Shown piece by piece: positions 14,168 to 29,774 of a DNA stretch of 64,000 nt; the first letter of the stretch is position 1, and each line of letters opens with the position of its first letter. Source of the DNA: Octopus vulgaris. Lineage: Eukaryota. The translations under genes were made by a program, and so were the position numbers. The stretch covers positions 55,924,001-55,988,000 of the forward strand of contig OX597819.1 in assembly GCA_951406725.2 (NCBI GenBank), written 5' to 3'. The notes beneath the pieces were generated by a model, which was not told the DNA's origin, made no database searches, and saw only the letters and a program-made list of their open reading frames with translations.

Positions 14168-14942
14168 AATATAAACGACGAAAATAATATGGAAGACAAA
14201 GTGAAAAGGAGTTGTAATTATTAGTTTGAAGCTAGCTTAGCTGTCAGTAGCAATATAAAGTGTATACCTTATATTACTTGTCTGTAGGAATAACGTATGC
14301 GTGGCAATATGTATGCAGGTTATGAATACAGGCATACGTACATATATGCATCTATGTATGGACGTATATGTATATGTACGTGCATGTATGCGTGGACGTA
14401 TATGCGTGTGCATGTAAGTAGTTATACATCGTTGTCATATCCAATTTTAATAAACGTATAATTCGTCTCCTTGAGGAAATAGGTCACGTGGTTAAACCGC
14501 AGGGCTTTCGTCAGCCTCTGAGTGATTATTGAACCGTGCTAGTTTCATGGCATACCAGGATGCGCTTACGTCACCCGTCTTCCTATGCGTGCAGTCGAGC
14601 GTTTGCACACGCGTGAATTTGGTTTACGTGCATACGCGCACACGCTCATTCGCACATTCAACCCGCGCGCACGCACACACACACACACACAGAGGCACGC
14701 TCACAAACACACACGCACATATTTGTGGTTTCCGCGAATCCATGCAATAATCATAACGCCTGCTTGTTTGTGTCTGACTGACTCTCCATATAGAGGAATG
14801 CATGTACGTGCAGGAATTTCTCATGCTCACATAAATACAAAAATTTCCATACATGTATAGCAACTTGTGTTCGAAGAAATACGACGACGAGCATACAGGA
14901 ATCTCTCTCTCTCTCTCACACACACACACACGCACACACACG

Positions 14943-14988
<46 letters not shown>

Positions 14989-15227
14989 CATACACACGCA
15001 CACACACACACACACAGAGTCACACACAGAGGCGCACCAGCGTTCATCTTATCGATGTACGTGTGTGTGTGTGTGTGTGCGTTTGTATTTGTGTTTGTCT
15101 GTGCGTCTGTGTATGTGCGCGCGCATATATTTGAGTGCGTGCCTCTGTGTGTGTGTGTGTGTGTGTGTATGTGTGTATGTGTGTGTGTGAGTGGAGTATG
15201 ATCACCGTGTGTCTGCAAGTACAAATT

Positions 15228-15276
<49 letters not shown>

Positions 15277-15369
15277 GAAGATTCTCGCACGTACATAAAA
15301 TTCGTCAAAATGGAAAGACAGACACAAGCAGAATTTATGAATTTCCATTTTGTGTGCGCATAAATATAC

Positions 15370-15404
<35 letters not shown>

Positions 15405-15710
15405 TGTGTCTGTGTACGTACCTCTATGTGTGTGTGCCGCTGTGTACATGCCTCTGTGTATGGGCATATTTCTTTATATGTGTGCTTATGTGTGTAGACG
15501 TTTATACACTTAAAAAAAGGATAGGCTTGTCTATCCATTTGTGCATGTTTTTGCGAACGTGTACATCTCGTGTGCATAGGTATGTGAGACGAGAACCAAA
15601 AGCTAGAGAAGAGAACAACACCTCAACAAGTCGTTACGCAAAATCATTTCAGCATGATGAAGCCGGTTACTGCTACATCCATTTTGATTGTGTGTGTAGG
15701 AGGTGTGTTT

Positions 15711-15763
<53 letters not shown>

Positions 15764-15893
15764 AATGTGTGATGCATAACTGGAGGGAAAACACGTGTGA
15801 TACAGTATGAGTCAAGAAACCTGATTTTCCTCTTCAGCATCAATACTTTTCAAGACTGCTGGAGGGAACGACACACACACACATACACACACA

Positions 15894-15928
<35 letters not shown>

Positions 15929-16036
15929 TCTCACACACACACACTCACTCACTCACTCACTCACTCATTCACTCACTCATTCACTCACTCACTCGCTCAC
16001 TCACACACGAACACACACAGACAAGCAACATGCACG

Positions 16037-16082
<46 letters not shown>

Positions 16083-16714
16083 TACACTCACTCCCACATG
16101 AATTGCGCTTATATACGTATATTTCTGTGGGTATATATTTCTTTTGTATATATTTCTAGCAGAAAAAATACTGTCCGAAAGTACTGAAATCGTCATGATC
16201 TTTAGACGACAGCTGATGCAGGGCAGTGTGTTTTTGAGGTGGACTTTACATTTACGCACGCACATATACACATCCATCGCGCATGCGCATACAAACACAC
16301 ATCCGTGTAGTTAAGATTTTCGCTTCATATCTCACGAGTTCCGATTTAATCACATTCCGCGGTACTTGGTCAAGTGTCTCCTTCTACAGTTCTAAAATAA
16401 TTAACGCTTTATAAGGGAATTTATTAGACGGAAACTGTGTGGAAGTCCATCGAATATACATGCATATATACACACACGCACATACAAATGTATATTTGTT
16501 TGCGTTTGTCCTTTTACCGCTGACAACCAGTGTTAGTTTGTTTACATCCCTGTAAGTAGCGGATTGGTAAGCATAGACCAATAGAATAAGTCTCACAATT
16601 CAGATGGGAAGTACTGTGCTCAAATTGTTTGACTAAAGCCTTCAAGGCGGTGCCCCACTTCGACCGCAATCCAAATACACACACACACACACACACATAT
16701 ATATGTATATATAT

Positions 16715-17238
16715 ATACTTAATCATGTCAAATGGAAATGGAAATTTATAGAAATTTTCATTTCAAGTGGTCTAATGTGTAACAATTTAGTCCAAAGACT
16801 ATGTATTAGTCGTGTGCATTTAAACACATAAGGAATCCACTCGTGGGATTCAACACGCTAGAAAGAACAGCTAGGTTCTATAACCACAAAATTAGGGATA
16901 AAATTCGACGGGAACGAAATGAAAAAATAAAAACATTTTACCATCTAGTTTCCTGGACCAATTGGTTTCTGATTTTAGTTTAGCAAGTAAATAACATTTA
17001 CTCGCGAGGTGAAATCATTTTCAACAGGTATACCTTAGATTAAATATATAAAAACGAGGTGATCAACGATGTGCCTCTTGTTTATACATCCTAGTTTTTT
17101 CAAAATCTACTGTGCAGGATTCCTTATGTGTTTAAATGTACACTGTATACATGGTCTTTGGACTAAATTGTTACACGTCAGACCACTGGAAATGAAAATT
17201 TCTATAAATTTCCATTACCCTTTGACATGATTAAGTAT
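16715..17238. repeat. Inverted repeat (about 120-bp arms) around a spacer that contains a hammerhead
   Basis: ATACTTAATCATGTCAAA..CACATAAGGAATCC versus GGATTCCTTATGTG..TTTGACATGATTAAGTAT. Confidence 0.88.
16952..17028 (-). ncRNA. Type I hammerhead ribozyme, U3-A8 variant
   Basis: Minus strand: CCTG TTGAAAA TGATTT..GCGAGTAAAT GTT ATTTACTTGC..AAATCA GAA ACCAATTGGT C CAGG; perfect palindromic stem III, GUC triplet. Confidence 0.75.
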
Positions 17239-17500
17239 TGTTAGTTTTTGGATAATCTTGGGGTTTTAACAGTTGGCATTTTTTCTATTGCCGGCGAAGG
17301 GCTGCGTCTGCGCAGTAGATTTTCAGTTTCCGTCTACCAAATCCACTCACAAGGCTTTGGTCGGCCCGACGCTATAGTTGAAGACACTTGTCCAAGGTGT
17401 CACGCAGTGGGACTGAACTCGGAACCATGTGGTTGGTAAGCAAGCTACTTGCCACACAGCCACTCCTGCGCCTATATACATATATATATACATACATACA

Positions 17501-17572
<72 letters not shown>

Positions 17573-17717
17573 ACGTGCTTCTTTCGGTTCCCGTCTATAA
17601 AATTCACTCACAAAGCTTTGGTCGGCCTGAGGCTACAGTAGAAACACTTGCCCAAGGTGCCGCATAGTAGGACTGATCCCATAACCATGCGGTTGGGAAC
17701 CTATATATATCTGTGCA

Positions 17718-17947
17718 AGGCGGCGAGCTGGCAGACACGTTAGTGCGCCGGGCGAAATACTAAGCGGTATTTCGTCTGTCGTTACGTTCTGAGTTCAAAT
17801 TCCGCCGAGGTCGACTTTGCCGTTCATCCTTTCGGCGTCGATAAATAAAGTACCAGTTTCGCACTGGGGTCGATATAATCGACTTAATCCGTTTGTCTGT
17901 CCTTGTTTGTCCTCTCTATGTTTAGCCCCTTGTGGGCAATAAAGAAA
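17718..17947 (+). mobile_element. tRNA-derived SINE family B monomer. Other monomers or remnants at about 8095-8500(-), 19321-19510(-), 22770-22979(-), 38660-38888(+), 39855-40180(+), 44830-45450(+), 48795-48950(-)
   Basis: GGCGGCGAGCTGGCAGA..GTTAG..GAGTTCAAATTCCGCC head; central GCCTTTCATCCTTTCGGGGTCGATAAA..AAGTACCAG domain; two alternative tails (B1 ..AGCCCCTTGTGGG..AAAGAAATA; B2 ..GGCCTTGTGCCTAGAGTAGAAAAG). Confidence 0.88.
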
Positions 17948-18690
17948 AATATATATATCTGTGCGCGCGCAATCATATGTTATTTTAAGCGTACGTACGT
18001 ATGTATATATGTATTCAGTGCTTATGCGCTCGTAGGTTCGTATGTACATATGCCTGTATGTGTGCGTGATAGTTGTACATGCGTGCATGCATTCGTGTTC
18101 ACGTGTGTGTCGCGCCTGCATGCTTGCTTTGCATGTGTTCGTGAGCGAGTGAGTTATGATTGTTGTATTCACGAGTTATTATTGCCTGTTGGTGAGAAAC
18201 GCCCGCGCGCATGCGTGTTGTGCAATTGTGACTGCAGTTTTCTAAAAAAAACAAAATTTTGTATGAATGAATGAATGAATGAATGAATGAAAACAGAACT
18301 GGACACGCGAGGAGTGTAAATATGTGTGAGAGTATGCATACGTGCGAGCGTGTGTCTGTGTGTGCGTTTGAATATGTGTATATGGGTAGTTAACTGAACG
18401 TGTTTTGAGTGTGAATACGCGAACGTGTGAATGCGTGAATGCATTTTGTGTATCTGTCTGTCTATGAGTGACTCAGTGCCCAATGAATGTGTTTGCGTTT
18501 TATATGTGTGCGCGTGTGTGTATATATGAGTCACTGCCCCACTGTATGTGTGTGCGTATGCCAGAGCATATTTATATATGTACACACACATACACACACA
18601 CACACATACACATATATATATATGTAGCGAGTTAACACTAGTTGGTGGATAGGAGGTAGAAGTGACAGCAGCATGAAGGAGAGTAAGAAG

Positions 18691-18728
<38 letters not shown>

Positions 18729-19272
18729 AAGAGAAAGTGAAAGACGAGCGGGATATTCTGACAGGTGACGCTGGTGGCGGCGGAGGTGGTGATACGCGAG
18801 CTGTCAGGTTGTTGTTGCTGGATTTCCTCTTTCTGACAAGTCTTCTCTCCCCGCCCCTCTCCGATTTATCTTGTGTCACCGCCTCCCCTTCCTCTGTATT
18901 TGTTACCACAGCATCTTCGTCCTCGTCGACCTCGTCGTCCCCGTCGTTATCATCGTGAAGACGACAATCGCCACCGGGTTACTCGCCTTGCTGCGCTAGA
19001 AATAGCAGCCGAATTTTTTTCTTTTAGTCAAGTTACAGGGACCTCTGAGATTTGTTGTACGGGTGGGTAGGTAGGTAGGTAGGGAGCGCGGTATCCTCAA
19101 ACCGGAGACAAGTGGATTCTGTCTGGTGGTGTCGGTGATATTAAATCTGACCAAGGTGAGATTTGAATGCAGAAAGTAAACAATCGGAACAAACACCGCA
19201 AGGTATCAGGTCCGACATTGTTACTATTTAGACTAATCCACCACCCTGGATTAGATCTTTCTTTATTGATAG

Positions 19273-19303
<31 letters not shown>

Positions 19304-19511
19304 AATAATAACGATAATAATTTTTCTATTATAGGCACAAGGCCTGAAATTTTAGGGAGAGGGAATGAGTCGATTACATCAGCGACCCCAGTGCGTAACT
19401 GTTACGTATTTCATAGACTTCGAACGATGAAAAGCAAACTCAACCTTGGCGGAATTCCAACTCAAAACGTTAAGACAGACCAAGTACCGCTAAGCATTTC
19501 ACGCGGCGTAC

Positions 19512-20653
<1,142 letters not shown>

Positions 20654-20908
20654 TGGAGGCGCAATGGCCTAGTGGTTAGGGCAGCGGACTTGCGGTCGGA
20701 GGATCGCGGTTTCGATTCCCAGACCGGGCGTTGTGTGTGTTTATTGAGCGAAAACACCTAAAAGCTCCACGAGGCTCCGGCAGGAGGTGGTGATCCCTGC
20801 TGTACTCAAAAGGCGGTGCTCCAGCATGGCCGCAGTCAAATGACTGAAACAAGTACAAAAAAAAAAAAAATAATAATGGTGATAATAATAATAATAATAA
20901 TAATGGTG

Positions 20909-20940
<32 letters not shown>

Positions 20941-20941
<1 letters not shown>

Positions 20942-21494
20942 GCCCTGATGCAGTACCAGGCAGTGGCTCTCATGGCTTCTGATCTTAACTGATTGGAAGT
21001 GTTATCATGTACATTGTTTTGTCTTGGTATAAAAGATGGGCTACAGCAAATATTCTGCTCAATACCACAGATTTGCTTGTCAGTTGTTTGACTTTAACCA
21101 GTTGAGCATGTCCCTTAGTGGCTGACGATATGTGCATCTCTGATCACGAGCAGAAGTAGTGGGGAGCATCATAGCCATGTGTTGAGAGGGATTCTTTGGG
21201 GTTTGAATAATTCACCTCTGGAAACATGGGTGGTTCTTTCAACATCCTTAAACAACCCTTACTCAGGGACCTTTTGAGTGGGATGGGCTACTCAACCTGA
21301 AGAAAATTCTAATTGGGCCCCACCTGCAAGGTCATGTGCTGTTTATCTTGATATGAGATCACCATGTCGCGCACATATGGTTGTGATGCATGTGCCTGGT
21401 GTACCTTTATCAGACGGGTAGTCATGATGGGTATATTGGGCTTCGTATATTTTACCCCAGTGTCACTTTGATGGCATGAACTGCTCTCTCACTC

Positions 21495-21495
<1 letters not shown>
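20941..21495. repeat. Unclassified interspersed repeat flanked by (AAT)n; partial second copy at 21994-22086
   Basis: TGTCTTGGTATAAAAGATGGGCTACAGCAAATATTCTGCTCAATACCACAGATTTGCTTGTCAGTTGTTTGA recurs. Confidence 0.55.
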
Positions 21496-21528
<33 letters not shown>

Positions 21529-21917
21529 GATGGATGGAAGCACTCCGTCGGTTACGACGACGAGGGTTCCGGTTGATCCGAATCAACGGAACAGCCTGCT
21601 CGTGAAATTAACGTGTAAGTGGCTGAGCACTCCACAGACACGTGTACCCTTAACGTAGTTCTCGGGGATATTCAGCGTGACAGAGAGAGTGACAAGGCCG
21701 GCCCTTTGAAATACAGGTACAACAGAAACAGGAAGTAAGAGTGAGAGAAAGTTGTGGTGAAAGGGTACAGCAGGGATCACCACCATCCCCTGCCGGAGCC
21801 TCATGGAGCTTTAGGTGTTTTCGCTCAATAAACACTCACAAAGCCCGGTCTGGGAATCGAAACCGCGATCCTATGACCGCGAGTCCGCTGCCCTAACCAC
21901 TGGGCCATTGCGCCTCC

Positions 21918-21994
<77 letters not shown>

Positions 21995-22533
21995 TCTTGG
22001 TATAAAAGATGGGCTTGTCTTGGTATAAAAATGGGCTACAGCAAATATTCTGCTCAATACCACAGATTTGCTTGTCAGTTGTTTGAACTCAGGAAGGTAA
22101 AAACAGACGAAATAACTATTTCTTTACTGCCCACAAGGGGCTAAACACAGAGAGGACAAACAAGGACAGACAAACGGGTTAAGTCGATTATATCGACCCC
22201 AGTGCGTAACTGGTAGATATTTAATCGACCCCGAAGGGATGAAAGGCAAAGTCTATCTCGGCGGAATTTGAACTCAGAACGTAGCGGCAGACGAAATACC
22301 TATTTCTTTACTAACCCACAAGGAGCTAAACACAGAGAGGACAAACAAGGACAGACAAACGGATTAAGTCGATTACATCAACCCCAGTGCATAACTGGTA
22401 CTTAATTTATCGACCCTGAAAGGATGAAAGGCAAAGTCGACCTCGGCGGAATTTGAACTCAGAACGTAACGCCAGACGAAATACTGCTAAGCATTTCGCC
22501 CGGCGTGCTAACGATTCTGCCAGCTCGCCGCCT

Positions 22534-22576
<43 letters not shown>

Positions 22577-22670
22577 GCTACTACTACTACTAGGGGACTA
22601 GTGAATTAAATCGACCCCAGTGTTTTAATGGTACTTAATAATAATAGTGATAATAATAATATTATAAGTG

Positions 22671-22724
<54 letters not shown>

Positions 22725-22979
22725 GTAATAGTAATAATAATAATAATAGTAATAATAATAATAATAATATATTTTTTTATTGCCCACAGGGACTAAACAT
22801 AGAGGTAACAAACAAGAACAGACAAAAGGTTTAAGTCGATTACATCGTCTTCAGTGCGTAACTTATTTAATCGACCCCGAAAGAATGAAGGGCAAAGTCG
22901 ACTTCGGTGGAATTTGAACTCAGAGCGTAGCGGCAGACCAAGTACAGCTAAGCATTTCGCCCGGCATGCTAACGATTCT

Positions 22980-23735
22980 TGGTCTACGCTTGATCCAGGA
23001 CTGTTGTTCCATCAATGAGACCTCGCCGTTAAGGAAACGCTAGAGATGTCGCAGCCTCTGTGCATGTCCGCGCATCATTAGCCACGGCATGCCCAGTCCT
23101 CCACTCAGCGTTTGTTAACAGCAGATGGACATTCTGACGAGTGGAACATGTCCCTGCCGTAAAAAGTGGAAGAGCAAGTGCTCCAACTTTATCAAGCACG
23201 AAGTGGGGCAAGGGACGACGGTCAGGCGGTAGTAAATGACGGAAGCGATGTGCGCATTCGCCACTCCACCCGACACTCTCTGCCCATCTCTGGGTGAAAT
23301 TAGCTACTCTGCTCGTCACATCCCCACAGTTCTTGTCCATCTGGAGGTTTGGACCAAACAAGACCCCAAACAATTTAACCGGTCCTTCCGTTCAGCGCCC
23401 TTCAACGCTGTCAGCATGGACCGGCCTATCCAGGCTCACCGACTTCTCTTGGCTGATCTTTGCTCTTGTCACCGCTTCGTATTCCCTTAGAGCAGTGCCG
23501 ATCACCTCGATTTCCGAGATGTCTGACACTGTTGCGATGACGTCGTTCTCGAAAGCCGACACGAACCTTCCCTCGAAAGATCCAGTTTCCACAGCAATGA
23601 CTCGAGAGACAGTACGTACAGATGAGGTGAGAGAGGGCATCTTTGACGGACCGACCGAGCGATGCTAAACGATTCCGATAGGTGGCCCATTTACTTTGAC
23701 CACTGAACAGATGTCGCTGAACATTGTAGTGATCC
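22980..23735 (-). mobile_element. Internal ORF2 (reverse transcriptase) fragment of an L1/Tx1-like non-LTR retrotransposon
   Basis: SVRQRCPLSPHLYVLSLESLL (RQGCPLSP motif), VSAFENDV (decayed YADD), YEAVTRAKISQEKS, GVLFGPNLQMDKN; frameshifted and internally deleted. Confidence 0.82.
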
Positions 23736-24102
23736 ATATATATATATATATATATGCGCGTGTGTGTGTGTGTGAAACTTGAGAGCAGATTTCATAAGAA
23801 TTATCAACTAGAAATACATAAGCACAAAAGTTAACATTTCCTAGAAGGGATCAATTAACCTGTCCCCTGTATTTGACTGGTACTTATTTAATCGACCCCT
23901 GAAGGATGCGAAAAGCGAACGCAATTCCGCACCCTCCCGACTGAGTTTGAACCGAAAACGATATGTAATGAAATACTGCAAAATTTTGCGTCCGATATAA
24001 GATTTGGAAGGTTTTATATTTCTCAGGAACCGTATTTTCTCTTAGCCATTTTATGATAGGTGTCTATAGCAACCCGTCATTATATATATATATATATATA
24101 TA

Positions 24103-24175
<73 letters not shown>

Positions 24176-25855
24176 TTTATCGTCTGCAGTGTTTGGCAAA
24201 ACCTGAATAATCAATATACTTTTGCAGGTTGGAATTCTGTTTTCAAAAAATACGAAATATTAAAGCCAATCTGAAATATCTTTTTCGAACATATGATTCA
24301 AGCGTTTCGTTGGAAATATTGCTATGGGGGAATACAAGTTCAGTACAAGTTCAAATTTCAATCTCATCCTGTGTGTATGTATGTATGTATGTATGTATGT
24401 ATGTATGTATGTATGTATGTATGTATGTATGCACACACATACGTATGGATACATAACCGTTAATCCATACACAATTTTCTCTCTCCATTTTTTTTTCTCT
24501 TTCTCTCGTTTTTATCTCTCTCTTTGTTTTTCTCCCTCTCAACCATTTCTGTCGACGAGAGTAGGTTCGAAATGTCAAAGACTTTTTCATTCTTCCCGAG
24601 TGTCAAACTAATACACCTGCTTATTGTTCCCTGAGGTGTCTTCGTCTTTTACTTTCTCTAAATTTGAACTATGTATGTATGTATGTATGTATGTATGTAT
24701 GTATGTATGTATGTATGTATGTATAATGATAAAGCAAATGATGAGCAGGCAGGTATTTATGGCATCAAAACATTATAAATAAGTTATATAGATATAGAAA
24801 TATAATTAACCAGGAAACGTGTCTATATTCGTCTATATTCGTAAGTAGATATTTAAAGATTTTATACAAGAAAATCAAGAAGAGAGAAGAAAATTCACGG
24901 TAGTCCTTTACCGCTGTTTCGGGGATGTGTTGTCAGAAGATGCGCAGTGATGTGCATTGTGCATACATAACTATATATGTACTGTATTGGATTTAACAGA
25001 CAAATATAAAATATTAAAAAATGCTTAAAGTTTGTCAAACGTTTATAGCAACAGGATATGCAGAAGGAAGACAGCTTTGCTCAGTGCCATAGTACCTACT
25101 GGAAAGGATAAAATGACTTCATTTCATTTGGCACACTTAAAGAAATGAGCTCTATTTCCTGGGCGCCGCAGGAAACAAAGTTGTTGCTGTTGTTTAGTTC
25201 AAGTGAAACCAAAACTCAACATACTTATGAACAAAGGAGTTTCAGCTGTAGTCAATTACTCTTTACTCTTTTACTTGTTTCAGTCATTTGACTGCGGCCA
25301 TGCTGGAGCACCGCCTTTAGTCGAGCAAATCGACCCCGGGACTTATTCTTTGTAAGCCCAGTACTTATTCTATCGGCCTCTTTTGCCGAACCGCTAAGTG
25401 ACGGGGACGTAAACACACCAGCATCGGTTGTCAAGCAATGCTAGGGGGACAAACACAGACACACAAACTTATATATATATATACATATATACGACAGGCT
25501 TCTTTCAGTTTCCGTCTACCAAATCCACTCACAAGGCATTGGTCAGCCCGGGGCTATAGCAGAAGACACTTGCCCATGATGCCACGCAGTGGACTGAACC
25601 CGGAACCATGTGGTTGGTTAGCAAGCTACTTACCACACAGCCACTCCTGTTTTTTATTTTTATTTTTAAAACTCATAAGCATTATTGTGAGTCAGGAGTA
25701 CATTATAATAAAGATGTCTTTAAAAGACAGTGTGATTTGAGAGCGAATTGTTATCTGCTATTTATTTGATCCCGTCGAGGCCAACCTTGCTTTTTATCTT
25801 CCCGAAGTCGCTAAAATAACCAGTGTCGAGCTGAGGTTGTTGGTATCGACTAACC

Positions 25856-26775
25856 GGACCTTTTTGGTTTTCGTCACTGTTTACAATTTTGCTCCAATTG
25901 TTTTCAAATTTGGTATATGGATTAAGTTTTGTATACTAATTATAAAAATGGAATTATTTTTACCTATAAATCCATAATTAAAAAGTTATTAATCTTTAAA
26001 ATTTGCAAAATTTGGGTATTTTAGTCTATTTGAAGCGAGTATTTTACACAACACCGCGGCGAAAAGATCTATTTCCATAGTAACCAAAGATGCTGCGCAT
26101 GCGCACAAGGAGGAGAAAAAGATACGAGAGAAGATAATCTTCATATACTATAACAAAGGAGTTTTTCTCATGTGTTTTTCTCGTGTTTTTCTCTCGTGTT
26201 TTTCTCCGTCACAACATATGAGTAAGGAAGGGTGATCGATGAACGAGAAAGGGATAATAGATGAATAAGGAAGGAAGGGGTAATGGCAAACTGGTAGTGA
26301 TGAATATTTCAACTCTGTGTGAGTATATGTGTGTGTATGTAAAAGGGAGGTATGTGAATGTGTGCATTTGCATGTGTGTGTGTGTGCGTTTTGTGTGTGT
26401 GTGTGTGTGAGCGCAATGGAAGTGGGATGGTGAACATTCAACGCTGAAGAGAAAAATCAAACAGCGTTTCAACTTTGTGTGAGTATATGTGTGTATGTGT
26501 GTGCACGTGTTCAAGGGAAATAGCAATGTTTTGAAATGCCGATGTTCCCCCCACCCCACACCGATGATGGAAGAGGCAGCGAACGCGCTGTTTTCTGATT
26601 GGCTGAAAATGCTGGAAATTATCAAACTTTGAACACCAGTAATATTTTTGCAAAAATTTTCTGGAATAAATGAATGACAAATTCGGATTCAGCGTAAAAA
26701 TTACATCTATATGAACATAAAAAAGACAATTTTTTTAAAGATAATTGTAAACAGTGACGAAAACCATATAGATCC
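25856..26775. mobile_element. Non-autonomous DNA transposon (Merlin-like) with TIRs and an 8-bp TSD
   Basis: 33-bp TIRs GGACCTTTTTGGTTTTCGTCACTGTTTACAATT / AATTGTAAACAGTGACGAAAACCATATAGATCC; exact TSD GACTAACC at 25848-25855 and 26776-26783; inserted in an old SINE. Superfamily inferred from GG termini plus 8-bp TSD. Confidence 0.8.
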
Positions 26776-27456
26776 GACTAACCTCTTCCCATTATTATTA
26801 GCTAACCTTGTGCCTAAATCAGAAACAATTTTTACTAGCAGGCGATTGACTGAGTAGAGGCTTCCTCGTTGGCCCAAAGGAAGAAAAAGTTTAATGGTCT
26901 GATTGAGAAACACCGCGTTTAAGATATTTCCTGTGCCTCCTGGCTCTGATGTAAACTGGAAATTTTAACTGTATTGACCTATTTACTTGTAAGTTAGGAC
27001 GATTTTCTCCAAGTGAATCTCCCATCAGTAATATCTACCTCTCTTTGTTGCCGTCTTGTGTATAGGGTTTAGGGATGTGCGTAATATTTAATGTAGGTTT
27101 GTTCTTGTTATCGGCTGAGATCCCCTTTAGGTGCCCTTGTTTATATAAAGAAAATATTAAACTCGTGCAGAATGTAACTTATTCGTTTTTTTCGTAATAT
27201 AATAACTGCCGATAGTATTAAATCCTCCAGGTTCAGAATCACATGACTATATTGAATAAAATTCAATAACATTCACAAGATGAATGTCACTCCTAACTCA
27301 AAACAGATATTAATAACAATATGAAACTAACACTGAAGGAATAAATAAACCTCATAAGCTTCAAAGATGCGAGTGTGTGCGTGTGTGTGTACGTATATAC
27401 ATACACATACATACATACATACATACATACATACATACATACATACATACATACAT

Positions 27457-27516
<60 letters not shown>

Positions 27517-27743
27517 GTCACCTTGATCACCTTGACCGACCAGTCCGTCGGGTATCCATTTGACACAGCTAGCCACAGCACGCTGTCCACTCCTCTCTAG
27601 ATCGTGCTTTCCTCATCCACGTGATCTCAATCGCCCTCGTGAAATCATAACTCCACCGTCGTGGAGGCCTTCCGAGTGGTCATCATATATATATATATAT
27701 ATATACACATATATATATACATATATATATACACACACATATA

Positions 27744-27820
<77 letters not shown>

Positions 27821-28795
27821 GGTAAAGACCCCCTTCGGTCATGAATGACCATGGGATTGCACCTAGAAAGTTACCCTTCTAGACACAAGTCCGGGCAAGG
27901 TTGTTTATGGAAGACCAGCAGTCGCCCATGCATACCAGCCTCCCCTCTCCACGCCACCAGTGTTATCCAAGGGAAAGACAAAGGTGGATACAGCTTGGCA
28001 CCAGTGACGTCGCAACTCATTTCTACAGCTGAGTGAACTGGAGCAACGTGAAATAAAGTGCCTTGCTCAAGAACACAACGCGCAGCCCGGTCCGGGATTC
28101 GAGCTCACAACCTCACGATCGTAAGCTCGACGCTCTAACCACTGAGCCATGCGCCTTCACATATATATATATATATATATATGATGAATGCAACTCGAGC
28201 GATGCCACTGCTTGTTCGTTCTCTTAAAGCAGTACGATTGTGGCTATTCAATTTTGTTTATGATAACTGCAAAAATAGAATATGGAGTTTCAGTTTAAAT
28301 TTACGGTTTTGTCCTCATCAAGAGGTGAACATTATCTTTCTTTTCCTCCACATGTTGTTGACGTCACAAAAGTGCTGATAACAGCTTGTCCGTCTTGATC
28401 TAGGTTCTCTCTCGTAAATCCAGGATGACATGGCAAAAAGAAAATTTATTTTCGCATACCTACATACCTACCTACCTACCTACCTTCATACATACATACA
28501 TACATACATACATACATACATACATACATACATACATACATACATACATACATACGTCCATCCACACATACCTACATACCTACATACATATTTAGGTGCA
28601 ACCTTCACAACCACAGGGTCTTGAGATCAGTCCCACTTAGCGTCACCTGCTATTATTGCTCAACCAAAAGCTTTGTCAATTTTATTTGTAGACGGATAAC
28701 AGAAAGAAGTGTATTGTGGTGCTCCAGCATGGCCGTAGTCAAATGACTGAAACAAGTAAAAGACTAAGAAATGTGTGTGTTGTTTGTGTGTGTGT

Positions 28796-28843
<48 letters not shown>

Positions 28844-29358
28844 ATATATGTGTATGTGTATGTTTGTGCGTGTGTCTGCCTTTCAGCTTGTGTTTGTCCC
28901 TCCTCACCGCTTGACAACCGGTGTTGGCTTGTTTACGTTACCGTAACCTAGCAGTTCGGTCAGTCACCCAATAGAATACGTACTAGGCTTCAAAAATAAG
29001 TGCTGCGCACGTTTTATCCCGCTAAACGCTTGCAGTCGGTGCTCTACCATGACCGCAGTCCAGTGACCGAAACAAGTAAAAGATAAAAAAACAAAACAAA
29101 ACAAAAGATACATATTTGCGTATATACACGCGTATACATAAATACATACATAAATACATACATGCACACATATAAAAACATACGAGGCACATGCTCATAC
29201 ACAGACAAGTTCACAAACAACATCGATGTAGGTACATACACATACACACATGAAGACACCAACACAACCACATATTTACAAACCCCGGGAACTCTCTTAA
29301 CTAAGAAAGTCTCGTCACTTGAGCTTCATTTAGAAGAAATAAAATAAACCCCCTAAAA

Positions 29359-29424
<66 letters not shown>

Positions 29425-29516
29425 TTATATATGAGGATAATATCGATATTTAAGTGTCGAAATTATCAAGTGGCCAGCATGAAAGAAATACCTTACAAAG
29501 GTAAAAAACTTTTAAC

Positions 29517-29734
29517 AATTAAAAATGAGGGTCTCTAAAGACACCAACATGCCGAAAATAGCAGTCGAAACACTGACTATAGTACCACGTTAAATGTTCA
29601 TATCGCACCATGAGGTAAAGCGGAGGGACAAAACATACAAGCAAAAATTATTGAATAATTCAAGATCCAAGGATTTCTGGTTCTGCTTTAGATAAGCTTT
29701 ACCGTCATCAATTGAATATATCAATGGTACATAA

Positions 29735-29774
<40 letters not shown>

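Noticed and set aside
20654-20730. tRNA genes at SINE heads (also near 30421, 61566, 21840-21917)
   Set aside because: tRNA-like A/B boxes run straight into SINE bodies and lack a proper acceptor stem.
24900-24945. Hammerhead half GAAACAGCGGTA on the minus strand
   Set aside because: No matching core with a stem II; at most a truncated remnant.
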